A stretch of DNA of 57,243 nucleotides from Thermoplasmatota archaeon (GTDB lineage: Archaea; Thermoplasmatota; Penumbrarchaeia; Penumbrarchaeales; EX4484-36): NCBI GenBank assembly GCA_029932465.1, contig JAOZQA010000006.1:1-57243 (forward strand). Reading direction: 5' to 3'. Of this stretch, positions 19,367-28,839 are shown piece after piece; position 1 is the stretch's first letter, and each line of letters opens with the position of its first letter. Under the pieces are notes generated by a model. The model was not told the DNA's origin. It saw only the letters and a list, made by a program, of their open reading frames with translations, and did not search any database. Both the position numbers and the translations under genes were made by a program.

Positions 19367-21571
19367 ATGGGTAGGAAAGAGGAGAACATAAAGAAGGCCC
19401 GGAAGATAATGTGGAGTCCGGAGCTTATAAGAAACATAGGCACTGCAGCGCACATTGACCACGGAAAGACTACCTTAAGCGACAACTTAATAGCAGGAGC
19501 AGGGATGATGTCCGAGGAGCTGGCAGGAAAACAGCTTCTTCTAGACTACGACGAGCAGGAGCAGGCAAGGGGTATAACCATAAACTCCGCCAACGCATCC
19601 ATGGTGCACGAGTTTGGAGGGAGGGAGTACCTCATTAACCTTATAGACACCCCCGGGCACGTTGATTTCGGCGGGGATGTCACCAGGGCGATGAGGGCGG
19701 TGGATGGGGTCGTAATTGTGGTCTGTGCTGTTGAGGGTGTCATGCCCCAGACGGAGACGGTCATCAGGCAGGCCCTGAGGGAGAGGGTGAAACCTGTTCT
19801 TTTCATAAACAAGGTGGATCGCCTCATAAACGAGCTGAAGGTGACCCCTGAGGAGATGCAGAACAGGTTTGGAAAGATAATCATGAAGGTCAACGAGCTC
19901 ATCTATAAGATGGCCGAGCCGCAGTTCAAAAAGGAGTGGAGGGTGAAACCGGAGGACGGCTCCGTTGCTTTCGGATCAGCATATCAGAACTGGGCCATAT
20001 CGGTTCCCTTCATGCAGAAGAGCGGAATAACCTTCAGGGATGTATATCAGCATCTTGCCGAGGGAAAGGACAGGGAGCTTGCGAAGAAGGCCCCTCTGCA
20101 CCAGGTCCTGCTGGACATGGTCATTAAACACCTTCCCGATCCAATTGTGGCCCAGAAGATAAGGATACCCAAGATATGGCATGGGGATGTGGAATCCGAT
20201 GTCGGGAAAGCCATGATCAGATGCTCTCCCGACTCAGAGCCCGTTTTCATGGTGACCAAGATATTGATAGACCCTCACGCCGGGGAGGTGGCTGCTGGAA
20301 GGATATTCGCAGGGACTCTGAAGAAGGGCCAAGAGGTTTATGTCATCGGACAGCCCGGAAAGAGCAGGGTACAGCAGGTGGCAGTCTACGTGGGTCCCGA
20401 TAGGATACCCGTGGAGGAGGCCCCGGCAGGAAATATAGTGGCCGTAACCGGAGTTAAGAACGCTATATCCGGCTCCACCATATCCACCAAACAGGACCTC
20501 ACGCCCTTTGAGAAGATAAAGCACATCTCCGAGCCTGTGGTCACAGTTGCCATTGAAGCTGTGCACATGAAGGACCTCCCCAAGCTGGTTGACGTCCTAA
20601 GGACCGTCGCCAAGGCTGACCCCTCCTTAAGGGTTGAGATCAACCAGGAGACTGGGGAGCACCTCCTCTCAGGCATGGGAGAGCTCCATCTGGAGGTGAC
20701 CCAGTACAGGATAGTGAACGAGTACGGGGTTGAGATAAAGGCCTCTGAACCCATTGTTGTATATAGGGAATCGGTGGAGGGGAAGAGCCCTTCCTCCTTT
20801 GAGGGGAAGTCCCCTAACAAACACAACCGCTTCTACATCGAGGTGGAACCCCTTCCTGAGGAGATAGTGAAGGCCATTTTAGAAGGGGAGATACCTTCAG
20901 ATGAGAAGATTAAGGACCCAAAGGGTCTGGCAAAAAAACTTCAGGACCTCGGAATGGACAAGGACGAAGCAAAGAACATCTACGACATCCACGGGACCAA
21001 CATCTTCATCAACGCCACCAAAGGGATCCAGTATCTACACGAGACCAAGGAGCTCCTCATAGAGGCCTTCCGCGAGGCCATGGACAGGGGCCCCAGGGCC
21101 TGGGAGCCTGTGATGGGGGTGAAGGTGCGCCTTGTGGACGCGAAGCTCCATGAGGACTCCATCCACAGAGGGCCAGCACAGGTCATACCCGCCGGGCGCT
21201 CTGCCATCTACGGCGCCATGGTCACCGCCGGAACGATCCTCCTAGAGCCCAAGCTGAAGCTCTTCATCAACGTACCCCAGGACCTTCTGGGGAACGTCAC
21301 CAGGGAGCTGAATCAGAGGCGCTGCACCATCCTGGACATAGAGCAGGAGGAGGACACTGTAAACATCACGGCCAAGGCCCCTGTGGCAGAGATGTTTGGC
21401 TTCGCCGGGTCCATACGGTCGGCCACGCAGGGAAGGGCACTCTGGAGCACGGAATTCATGGGGTTTGAGAAGCTTCCCAAGGAGCTTCTTGAGAAGGTGA
21501 CAAGGGAGATCAGAACCCGCAAGGGTCTCAAACCTGAACCCCCCGGTGCTGACTACTACGCGTCCACATGA
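19367..21571 (+). CDS. fusA: Elongation factor 2
   Basis: [26 protein letters not shown], diphthamide loop [11 protein letters not shown]. Confidence 0.98.
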   Translation: MGRKEENIKKARKIMWSPELIRNIGTAAHIDHGKTTLSDNLIAGAGMMSEELAGKQLLLDYDEQEQARGITINSANASMVHEFGGREYLINLIDTPGHVDFGGDVTRAMRAVDGVVIVVCAVEGVMPQTETVIRQALRERVKPVLFINKVDRLINELKVTPEEMQNRFGKIIMKVNELIYKMAEPQFKKEWRVKPEDGSVAFGSAYQNWAISVPFMQKSGITFRDVYQHLAEGKDRELAKKAPLHQVLLDMVIKHLPDPIVAQKIRIPKIWHGDVESDVGKAMIRCSPDSEPVFMVTKILIDPHAGEVAAGRIFAGTLKKGQEVYVIGQPGKSRVQQVAVYVGPDRIPVEEAPAGNIVAVTGVKNAISGSTISTKQDLTPFEKIKHISEPVVTVAIEAVHMKDLPKLVDVLRTVAKADPSLRVEINQETGEHLLSGMGELHLEVTQYRIVNEYGVEIKASEPIVVYRESVEGKSPSSFEGKSPNKHNRFYIEVEPLPEEIVKAILEGEIPSDEKIKDPKGLAKKLQDLGMDKDEAKNIYDIHGTNIFINATKGIQYLHETKELLIEAFREAMDRGPRAWEPVMGVKVRLVDAKLHEDSIHRGPAQVIPAGRSAIYGAMVTAGTILLEPKLKLFINVPQDLLGNVTRELNQRRCTILDIEQEEDTVNITAKAPVAEMFGFAGSIRSATQGRALWSTEFMGFEKLPKELLEKVTREIRTRKGLKPEPPGADYYAST

Positions 21572-21580
21572 TGGTCTCCG

Positions 21581-21608
21581 GAAACAGTTATATATGAAAA
21601 TTTATTAA
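21581..21608 (+). promoter_or_regulatory. Internal promoter(s) for tuf
   Basis: GAAACAGTTATATAT and GAAAATTTATTAA in the fusA-tuf gap. Confidence 0.5.
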
Positions 21609-21646
21609 GGATGTGAGGTATCACTACTAACTTGGAGGTTGAAATA

Positions 21647-22921
21647 ATGCCAGCGGATAAACCACACATGAACCTTGTGTTCATCGGGCATGTGGATCAC
21701 GGCAAGTCCACGCTAGTGGGGCGACTGCTCTACGAGGCCGGAGCCATAGATCCACACCTGATCGAAAAGTACAGGCAGGAAGCGGAGGCCAAGGGTAAGG
21801 GCACCTTTGAGTTTGCCTGGGTGATGGACAGGGAGAAAGAGGAAAGAGAGAGGGGTCTGACAATCGACGTGGCCCACAGAAGGTTTGACACGGACAAATA
21901 CTACTTCACCATCATAGATGCTCCCGGTCATAGAGACTTCGTCAAGAACATGATCACGGGAACCTCTCAGGCGGATGCTGCAGTGCTTGTGGTGGCTGCT
22001 CCAGAGGGGGTGATGGCCCAGACGAAGGAGCATGTCTTCCTGGCTAGGACCCTGGGCATCCAGCAGCTCATAGTGGCCATCAACAAGATGGATGCCACAA
22101 AGCCCCCCTACGACGAGAAGCGCTTCAACGAGGTGAAGGAGCAGGTCACCCAGCTCCTGAAGCTCATAGGCTGGGACCTGAATAAGGTCAAGATCCTTCC
22201 CGTCTCCGCCTATATGGGTGACAATGTGATGAAGCCCTCCTCCAACCTCGGCTGGTGGAAGGGGGAGGCCCTCATAGATGCTCTCAACAGTCTGGAGGTG
22301 CCTCCCAAGCCCATAGATCTCCCCTTGAGGATACCTGTGCAGGATGTCTATTCCATAACTGGAATAGGCACTGTTCCTGTGGGTAGGGTCGAGACCGGAG
22401 TGCTGAAGGTGGGTGATAGGGTGGTATTCAATCCCCCGGGGGTCTCTGGGGAGGTAAAGTCCATTGAGATGCACCATGAGCCCATGCAGAAGGCGGAGCC
22501 GGGCGACAACATAGGCTTCAACGTCAGAGGCGTCGGGAAGAAGGACATCCGCCGTGGGGATGTGGCGGGTCATCCGGACAACCCGCCAACAGTGGCGAGG
22601 ACCTTTACCGGGAGGATCGTGGTCCTGCAGCACCCCAGCGTTATAACTGCGGGCTACACACCGGTCTTCCACTGCCATACCGCCCAGGTGGCCTGCAGGT
22701 TCGAGGAGCTCCTGCAGAAGCTAGACCCCCGCACCGGCCAGGTGAAGGAGGAGAATCCCAACTTCATAAAGACCGGGGAGATCGCCGTTGTGAAACTGAG
22801 GCCCACCAGGCCCATGGTGATCGAGAGAGTGCAGGACATCCCGCAGCTGGGCCGCTTCGCTATCCGTGATATGGGTGTTACAGTGGCTGCGGGGATGTGC
22901 CTGGACGTGGAGAAGAGGTAA
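21647..22921 (+). CDS. tuf: Elongation factor 1-alpha
   Basis: [45 protein letters not shown] before ATG 21647. Confidence 0.98.
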   Translation: MPADKPHMNLVFIGHVDHGKSTLVGRLLYEAGAIDPHLIEKYRQEAEAKGKGTFEFAWVMDREKEERERGLTIDVAHRRFDTDKYYFTIIDAPGHRDFVKNMITGTSQADAAVLVVAAPEGVMAQTKEHVFLARTLGIQQLIVAINKMDATKPPYDEKRFNEVKEQVTQLLKLIGWDLNKVKILPVSAYMGDNVMKPSSNLGWWKGEALIDALNSLEVPPKPIDLPLRIPVQDVYSITGIGTVPVGRVETGVLKVGDRVVFNPPGVSGEVKSIEMHHEPMQKAEPGDNIGFNVRGVGKKDIRRGDVAGHPDNPPTVARTFTGRIVVLQHPSVITAGYTPVFHCHTAQVACRFEELLQKLDPRTGQVKEENPNFIKTGEIAVVKLRPTRPMVIERVQDIPQLGRFAIRDMGVTVAAGMCLDVEKR

Positions 22922-22943
22922 TCTGGAAGGGCAGGCGAGGGGA

Positions 22944-23255
22944 ATGGCAGGCAAAGCTAAGATCACACTGACAGGTACCAATCCTAAGACCCTGGATAAT
23001 GTCTGCAGCCAGATAAAGGAGATCTCAAAGAGAACTGGGGTTGACATGAGCGGTCCCATTCCCCTGCCTACCAAACGGCTTGTGGTCCCTGTCAGAAAAA
23101 GTCCTGACGGGGAAGGCTCCGAGACCTGGGACCGGTGGGAGATGAGGGTTCACAAGCGCCTTATATACCTAGATGCGGATGAAAGGGCCCTGAGGCACCT
23201 GATGAAAATAAAGGTTCCGGATGGGGTCAACGTGGAGATAATGCTGAGGAGCTGA
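22944..23255 (+). CDS. rps10: 30S ribosomal protein S10 (uS10)
   Basis: [37 protein letters not shown]. Start ATG 22944. Confidence 0.97.
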   Translation: MAGKAKITLTGTNPKTLDNVCSQIKEISKRTGVDMSGPIPLPTKRLVVPVRKSPDGEGSETWDRWEMRVHKRLIYLDADERALRHLMKIKVPDGVNVEIMLRS

Positions 23256-23321
23256 AGATCCTTTCAGGTCTTCGGCCCCTCCGACCACTCCCCCAGGGTG
23301 AGGGTAGGAAGGGAAAATTTT

Positions 23322-23348
23322 ATTTTCTCTTTTGATGTAAGAGAAAAT
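23322..23348. repeat. Perfect 10-bp inverted repeat with 7-nt spacer
   Basis: ATTTTCTCTT-ttgatgt-AAGAGAAAAT immediately upstream of tRNA-Ser. Confidence 0.75.
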
Positions 23349-23350
23349 GC

Positions 23351-23442
23351 GCTGAGGTAGCTTAGCCAGGCCTAAAGCGCCGGCCTTGAGAGCCGGTGGC
23401 GCCTTGGGCGCCGCGGGAGTTCAAATCTCCCCCTCAGCGCCA
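23351..23442 (+). tRNA. tRNA-Ser(TGA), CCA encoded
   Basis: GCTGAGG/CCTCAGC acceptor stem, CCGGC-ctTGAga-GCCGG anticodon arm, long variable arm, GTTCAAATC T loop, G discriminator. Confidence 0.96.
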
Positions 23443-23533
23443 TTTCATTGGCAGGCATCGAAGGAATTGCCACCTTTTTCTTCTCCTCTGGCCTCATTCT
23501 TTCACCTCCTTTCCATTTATAAAGGCAAATCCT

Positions 23534-23880
23534 TTAGCGGATGGAATTGACCCCCCCCTCTGCCTCCCAGGACCCGAAAAATGTCTCTTTCTCAACTTCA
23601 TTGAGAAGTTCCCCCTGCTCCAGCATCTCAAGATAAACCTGGGTCGTTTTCAAACTCTCATGTCCCAGCAGATTCATTATCGTCTTGAGAGAGACCCCTG
23701 AGCGGGACCACTTGACCGCCCTCCAGTGCCTAGCTAGATGAGCGTGGAATGGAACTCCAGCTCTCTTTCCGATCTCTGACATGACATTTCTTGCGAGGTT
23801 GTATGATATCCTGCCCTGGGACCTCAGCGAGGAGGTAGTAATGCTCATCATCGCCCTGAGATGGGGGGAAGAGATACACT
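23534..23880 (-). pseudogene. Truncated tyrosine recombinase/integrase (C-terminal catalytic part only)
   Basis: FHAHLARHWRA (HxxR) and LLGHESLKTTQVY (H...Y). The N-terminal domain and first catalytic Arg are absent. Confidence 0.8.
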
Positions 23881-24009
23881 GTAGCCAACTTTGTAAAGAG
23901 GCAATACGTGAGTGAGTTTGAGAAACGCTAGATAAGTAGTTTCGTCTCCACTTCACCCAAACCAAAATCAATAAATATCGGAGGACAGTTAAGAGATGTG
24001 GGAGTGGGC

Positions 24010-24279
24010 ATGACAGGTGAAAAAATGCTCCTGAAGGACTTCGACGTTTCTGAGGAGGAGATACTTAGACTTCTCGACTCTACAGAGGAGGATAAAAAGT
24101 GGATACGTGAGAATTATGATAGCCTAAGAAAAAAGTATGCGGGACAGTTCATCCTGGTCAGAAACAAGAAGGTCATGTGCGCCTCCAGCGACCTCAGCGA
24201 TCTACTTCCACTTCTGGATGAGGACCCATCTATAGTCTGTGAGTACATCCTCCCGGAGGACATGGTCATCCTTCTCTAA
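24010..24279 (+). CDS. DUF5678-like small protein
   Basis: WIRENYDSLRKKYAGQFILVRNKKV..ASSDL pattern. Alternative start 24025 after AGGTGA. Confidence 0.7.
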   Translation: MTGEKMLLKDFDVSEEEILRLLDSTEEDKKWIRENYDSLRKKYAGQFILVRNKKVMCASSDLSDLLPLLDEDPSIVCEYILPEDMVILL

Positions 24280-24294
24280 GCACGTAGGGGTAAT

Positions 24295-24794
24295 ATGAGA
24301 ATCCCATTATCGCTCCGGGAGGTAAAAACCAAATCTGGTGATGAAGTAATTATGACAGAGCTACCGGCGTTCTACTTTGTAGAAGACCCACTCTTAAAAG
24401 GCGAAGCATCACTTTTATGATAGATACTGGGGCAACAATGCCATTAATACTTACAGAGCAGGATGCAGAACTTCTAGGGGTGCCTTTCTCTTCTTCCCAT
24501 GTACGCCGTGTAGAGGCAGACAAAGCACCAACAGCATGGTCCGGGACCCTTGAGACCTATGAAATCTCCCGGGTGGTTCTTCTCACTAAAACTCTGGATG
24601 ATGATGGAAAACCCCGACTGGGTAGGTTTGAACTACCAAAAGTTCACATTGTAAAGAACACACCCCCTGGTCTCCCCAGCGCCATTGGGGTAGGTTTCCT
24701 CCTCCTCTTCCAACTTCGATTTGTTTTCTCTCCTATTGAAGGAAAAGCATTCTTTGAGGGTATCTCCAGTCAAGGGAGCAATCCCTCCAGATAA
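24295..24794 (+). pseudogene. Retropepsin-like (clan AA) aspartyl protease, frameshifted near 24355
   Basis: ATG 24295 frame (MRIPLSL..EVIM) joins, after one missing base, the frame RATGVLLC..SITFMIDTGAT...SAIGVGFL. Span is 500 nt. Confidence 0.7.
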
Positions 24795-24887
24795 CAATAA
24801 ACATATCTCATCAATTCCCTTTATAAGTATCTGCCTCACCCTCCGGATCTGTCACTCCCTTTTAAATACCAAAAATGTGATTTCAAG

Positions 24888-25272
24888 ATGATGAGTCGGT
24901 GGAACTCTTTTATGGATATTATCACAATTGGGTGGCTTGCTGTATTTTTTTATCGGTTTGATATATGAGAATTATAGCTCTATATGTAACAATATAAACT
25001 TAGCTCTTCTTCCCTTATTCATTGTTGATCTAGTGGTTAGATACCTAAAGGTACGCAATCTCAAAAGGTTCTTAACTCATCACTGGATTGACATACTTAT
25101 CGCGATCCCTTATTTTAGGTTTATACGGCTGTTTAGATTCTTACGTCTTCTTAAGCTGACCAGGGTAACCAAAACGGGGGGAGCGGGGGGCAAACTAGAG
25201 AGAACGAGAAAATTCTTTCAGGCTTACCGCAAGCTCAGGAGGATTATAAAAAGTAAAAATAAACGGTCTTGA
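24888..25272 (+). pseudogene. Stand-alone voltage-sensor-like (Ion_trans S1-S4) membrane protein, frameshifted at a T7 run
   Basis: MMSRWNSFMDIITIGWLAVFF, one extra T at 24945-24951, then IGLIY..FIVDLVVRY..HWIDILIAIPYFRFIRLFRFLRLLKLTRV (S4-type R-x-x-R repeat). No pore segment. Confidence 0.7.
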
Positions 25273-25277
25273 ACAAT

Positions 25278-25556
25278 TTAGGATAACAGCTCCTCCTTAA
25301 GCTCGTTGACCAGGTTTAAGGCGACACCCCGGTCTAACCACAACGCTAAATGTCTTATCATCTCTGGTGTACCCCCCTACAGTATATGAACCTTAACACC
25401 CCACCCCCCTCCACCACCCAGCGTGATCGTGTACTCATCTCCTATCTTGGATAGCGTGATACTCTCTAAGATCGCCTCACTCTTTAAATCGGTCAACTTC
25501 AGCCTTCCGTCCTGTGTCTCATCCCTCAGATATATTGAGACTCTCTCATGCTTCAT
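25278..25556 (-). pseudogene. Hypothetical 92-codon gene interrupted by in-frame TAG
   Basis: GGTGA RBS, MKHERV..VKVHIL*(TAG 25377-25379)GGTPEMIRHLALWLDRGVALNLVNELKEELLS* in one frame. Confidence 0.5.
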
Positions 25557-25921
25557 AGATATCACCAACCGTCTGCCACTCACTCGGCATAAAAAAGGAT
25601 AAGCGTGGGGGAAAGGTTTCCAAATGTTTCCCCCTACGCAGAGTAATGGTTAATCTACAGCCACAAACTCATGGCATAAAATCCAACTTTCAACAATGGC
25701 CAAAAGAGTTGTTGAGGGCTTAACTCCATGTGTAATGTTAAGGTGACGGTTAAACGGGCCTGAATCATACACAGGCCACAAACATCAAGCGGATAAAGGG
25801 GGCCACCCCCATCTTAAGGACTCATGCCCATAAGGGCATGATACCAGAGGTGTTTTTGTTATTTTCAATTTAACACCTCCAATCTATCTACCATCCCATT
25901 CTATATGTAGGTTTCTACCGT

Positions 25922-26386
25922 TTAGCCGGCTTCTCGCCTGTCAGAGGATTTTACGGCATTTCTATCCCTCCAGCTCCCCTCAAAAAATTCAAACTTTGTC
26001 TGAAGCTCTACCCAGTTTTTCAAACTCCTTTTTATGACCTCATGATCCTCTCTCAATCCTTTAGTAGATAATGTCTTCAGGCTGATCCCATAATACACTC
26101 GATCGTTAACATCTCGATGGTCTCCCCTACCCCCCGGGGAGCTATAGGCCAGTGCCTGGATCCTGTCTCCCACGTAGATCTTCTTCACCAGTTCGCCTTC
26201 CCCTGCCTTCCAGACATCAACGTAACAGGCATCCTCAGTGAAAATGTATCTATCCTCTGCGGGCCCCTCCATCTTCCCTATGATGAGGACATTCGTAGAC
26301 GTGAGATAATAGGAGATGAGGGGATAAATAAATAGAAGGGCGAAGGCCCCGAAGCAGATAATCTGCCCTCTTCTCCACCTTCCCAT
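25922..26386 (-). CDS. Hypothetical membrane-anchored protein, possibly chimeric at island edge
   Basis: ATG 26386, N-terminal TM helix. Composition becomes AT-richer below ~26115. Confidence 0.45.
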   Translation of the reverse strand: MGRWRRGQIICFGAFALLFIYPLISYYLTSTNVLIIGKMEGPAEDRYIFTEDACYVDVWKAGEGELVKKIYVGDRIQALAYSSPGGRGDHRDVNDRVYYGISLKTLSTKGLREDHEVIKRSLKNWVELQTKFEFFEGSWRDRNAVKSSDRREAG

Positions 26387-26499
26387 AGAAAAAGAAAATC
26401 TCCGTGGGTAAAAAACCTTTTCTTCTTCCCCCGGGATGTTTATTAGGCCCTGCGGCAAATCGTTAATAATGGGGAATCTATACCTACCCCGGGGTCGAA

Positions 26500-27753
26500 A
26501 TGGCTTACGATTACGTGGCCTATCACGAGGTGGACCTTGAGGGCAAGAAGGTCCTCATGAGGGTTGACATAAACTCTCCTATAAACCCTCAGACCGGCGA
26601 GCTCCTGGGATTCAAGAGGATAAAGGAACACTCAAAGAGCATAAAGGTGCTCTCAGACTCGGCGGTGGTTCTTATCGCTCACCAGTCCCGCCCGGGGAAG
26701 AAGGATTTCACCTCTTTAAGACCTCACGCGGAGGCTCTCTCCTCCTTTCTGGATAGAGAAGTGAGGTTTTCCGATGAGCTCTTCAGCACCTCTGCGAAGC
26801 GCAGGATCGAGGAGCTCAGCCCCGGGGAGGTGCTTCTTCTGGAGAACGTGAGGTTCTACTCGGAGGAGGTAGCGCTGAAAAACTTCGACTTCAAAGCGTT
26901 TTCTCAGACGCACATCGTGAGGGAACTCTCCCCCCTCTTCGATTACTTCGTGTGCGACGCCTTCTCAGCGGCTCATCGCTCCCAGCCCACCCTGACAGGC
27001 TTTCCCTTGGTTCTCCCTTCCCTAGCTGGCCCCCTTCTGGACAAAGAGGTCAGCGTCCTCACAAAGGCCACTGAGGACCCCAAGAAACCCCTGGTGGCCC
27101 TGCTTGGGGGGATAAAGATCGAGGATTCCATGAAGGTGGCTAAGAACCTGCTTGAGGGAGGGGCGGTGGATCACGTCCTTGCGGTGGGGGTAGTGGGTAA
27201 CCTCTTCGTATGGGCCTCCGGAAGGAAACTGGGGAGGCCGAGCGAGGATGTCATAAAGAAGGAGGTTCCCGAATACAAAAAGCTGCTTGGAGTGGCCCGG
27301 GACCTCCTGAAGAGGTACCCGGATAAGATTGAATACCCCACGGATTTCGCCGCTGATGCGAAAGGGGAAAGGGTGAGGGTTGGCATAGATGACCTCCCAT
27401 CCCGCTATCCTCTCTATGATATTGAGGTGGACACCATAGCCCACTTCAGCAACATTCTCAAAGAGGCTGGCACAATCATAGCGAATGGCCCCGCTGGGGT
27501 ATTTGAGCTTCCGGAGTTCGCTATGGGAACCCACGAGCTCTACAGAGCGGTGAACTCTTCCAGAGCATTTAAGGTCGTGGGCGGAGGGGAGACCAATGCG
27601 GTGATTGAGGCTCTCTCCCTGACAAGAATAGACCATGTGAGCACCGGAGGGGGAGCGCTTGTCTCCTTCCTTGGGGGCGAGCCCATGCCTGTGCTCGATG
27701 CTCTCCAAGAATCCAAAAAGCTTTTTTTCCCCGCCTCCATCCCCCCGGAGTGA
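26500..27753 (+). CDS. pgk: Phosphoglycerate kinase
   Basis: RVDINSP, AHQSRPG, LLENVRF, DAFSAAHRSQ, NGPAGVFE, VGGGET, HVSTGGGA. Confidence 0.96.
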   Translation: MAYDYVAYHEVDLEGKKVLMRVDINSPINPQTGELLGFKRIKEHSKSIKVLSDSAVVLIAHQSRPGKKDFTSLRPHAEALSSFLDREVRFSDELFSTSAKRRIEELSPGEVLLLENVRFYSEEVALKNFDFKAFSQTHIVRELSPLFDYFVCDAFSAAHRSQPTLTGFPLVLPSLAGPLLDKEVSVLTKATEDPKKPLVALLGGIKIEDSMKVAKNLLEGGAVDHVLAVGVVGNLFVWASGRKLGRPSEDVIKKEVPEYKKLLGVARDLLKRYPDKIEYPTDFAADAKGERVRVGIDDLPSRYPLYDIEVDTIAHFSNILKEAGTIIANGPAGVFELPEFAMGTHELYRAVNSSRAFKVVGGGETNAVIEALSLTRIDHVSTGGGALVSFLGGEPMPVLDALQESKKLFFPASIPPE

Positions 27754-27763
27754 CACTTAGGTT

Positions 27764-27839
27764 GCCACCGTAGCTCAGCTGGAGGAGCGGCTGACTCGTA
27801 ATCAGCAGGTCGGGGGTTCGAATCCCCCCGGTGGCTCCA
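27764..27839 (+). tRNA. tRNA-Thr(CGT), CCA encoded
   Basis: GCCACCG/CGGTGGC acceptor, GCTGA-ctCGTaa-TCAGC anticodon arm, GGTTCGAATCC T arm. Confidence 0.97.
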
Positions 27840-27898
27840 TTATGTGTATAAAATTTTAAGGGAGAAAATATATAAATTACAATAAACATTATCCGACT

Positions 27899-28597
27899 GT
27901 GGTTATTATGAACTGCCTATTTGGAAAAGTTGTATATGGAAGTTCTATAATCATCATGTTAATTATTTCTGGTTGTTTAAATGATTCTTCGGATACCGCG
28001 GAGAAGGTGAAACTAGAGGGTGGAGATCAGGATGGATACATTCAGATATTAGCAGACCTCCTTCCGAACATAACAGCGGGGATGATAATTGCTGATGGTG
28101 AGGGGGCATGGGTGGGGGTTGGTATGGGTGGCCAGAACAAATTGATAATGAGGAGCCTTTTCAGGTTTAACATGGCTCAGTATGAGCGGGGAAGTGTGGA
28201 ATTCTACTTTAAGGTTAGGGATTTGGTTGGCTCCCCCGGAAAAATAGATGTTTATATCGTTCCTGATCTTGGGAGTCTCTCTACAACATCTGGAGATCCA
28301 ATTGACCTGAAAGCGGAGTGGTCAAGTTTGAACAATGGAACACGCATTAAAACAGTCTATGTACAGACCGCCTCCTCGGGCTCTGCCAACCCTGTAGGAA
28401 CACCCGATGACGTCATATACGCTCAGCTTGGGAGGTGGTTTTCTATAACCCTATCGGAGGAGGACGTAACGGGGGGAATAAGTGGAGGCCACCTGTCTAT
28501 AATGTTCAGAGCTAGGGACGAGAACATGGATGGAGGCAACGCAGTGGTTATATCCACATATGAATCCGGAGATATCCCTTACTACATTTCTCACTGA
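27899..28597 (+). CDS. Putative archaeal lipoprotein
   Basis: Hydrophobic stretch ending ISGCL (archaeal lipobox). Beta-rich domain with RSLFRFN. Start may be ATG 27908. Confidence 0.7.
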   Translation: MVIMNCLFGKVVYGSSIIIMLIISGCLNDSSDTAEKVKLEGGDQDGYIQILADLLPNITAGMIIADGEGAWVGVGMGGQNKLIMRSLFRFNMAQYERGSVEFYFKVRDLVGSPGKIDVYIVPDLGSLSTTSGDPIDLKAEWSSLNNGTRIKTVYVQTASSGSANPVGTPDDVIYAQLGRWFSITLSEEDVTGGISGGHLSIMFRARDENMDGGNAVVISTYESGDIPYYISH

Positions 28598-28668
28598 TGA
28601 TATGGCCACATTACTAGCATTCTTTGACGAGAGGATTTCAACAATGGTTCTATTCTTTGATACTTTTA

Positions 28669-28684
28669 CAAAAAAATTAATTAA
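28669..28684 (+). promoter_or_regulatory. Candidate BRE/TATA for small RNA
   Basis: CAAAAAAATTAATTAA ending 26 nt before the 28711 stem. Confidence 0.45.
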
Positions 28685-28710
28685 TGAAGAGAGAACTATA
28701 ATAAACGTAA

Positions 28711-28797
28711 ACCGAAGGGAAGCAGCACACCTCTTTGAGGGACTTTACACCCCAGTCTCTCCTACTTTGGAGGCTTCCCTTCGGTCCCGCTGTTTTT
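28711..28797 (+). ncRNA. Candidate small four-way-junction RNA of unknown family
   Basis: Perfect 13-bp closing stem ACCGAAGGGAAGC/GCTTCCCTTCGGT enclosing three 4-bp hairpins, upstream TATA-like box, downstream TGTTTTT. Strand inferred from those signals. Confidence 0.5.
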
Positions 28798-28839
28798 ACC
28801 ACCCGGGGCCTGCCCACCCCGGGACACCAAGCCCCCAGC

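Larger units (their letters stand above)
23443..26115. mobile_element. Degraded tRNA-adjacent island (boundaries approximate)
   Basis: Recombinase remnant next to tRNA 3' end, lower GC, several disrupted genes. No attR copy found. Confidence 0.55.

Noticed and set aside
19367-21571. Non-canonical EF-2 or intein
   Set aside because: Normal length (734 aa), intact HRG diphthamide motif, no insertion.
25377-25379. In-frame TAG as pyrrolysine recoding
   Set aside because: No pyl genes or tRNA-Pyl in the window, TAG ends normal genes (asnS, 7144, 14536), and neighbouring genes are also disrupted.
23420-26500. attR direct repeat of the tRNA-Ser 3' end
   Set aside because: No convincing copy of CCCCCTCAGCGCCA found by eye downstream.
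28594-28660. Box C/D sRNA starting at CTGATGA
   Set aside because: It coincides with the lipoprotein stop codon and has no properly spaced CTGA D/D' boxes. The same spacing problem applies to ATGATGA at 220.
28711-28785. Canonical tRNA, tRNA-Pyl/Sec or twister-sister ribozyme
   Set aside because: No TTCRA T loop, D-loop GG or CCA. The minus strand has a GTGTAAAG loop loosely like twister-sister, but the required internal loop in the closing stem is absent.
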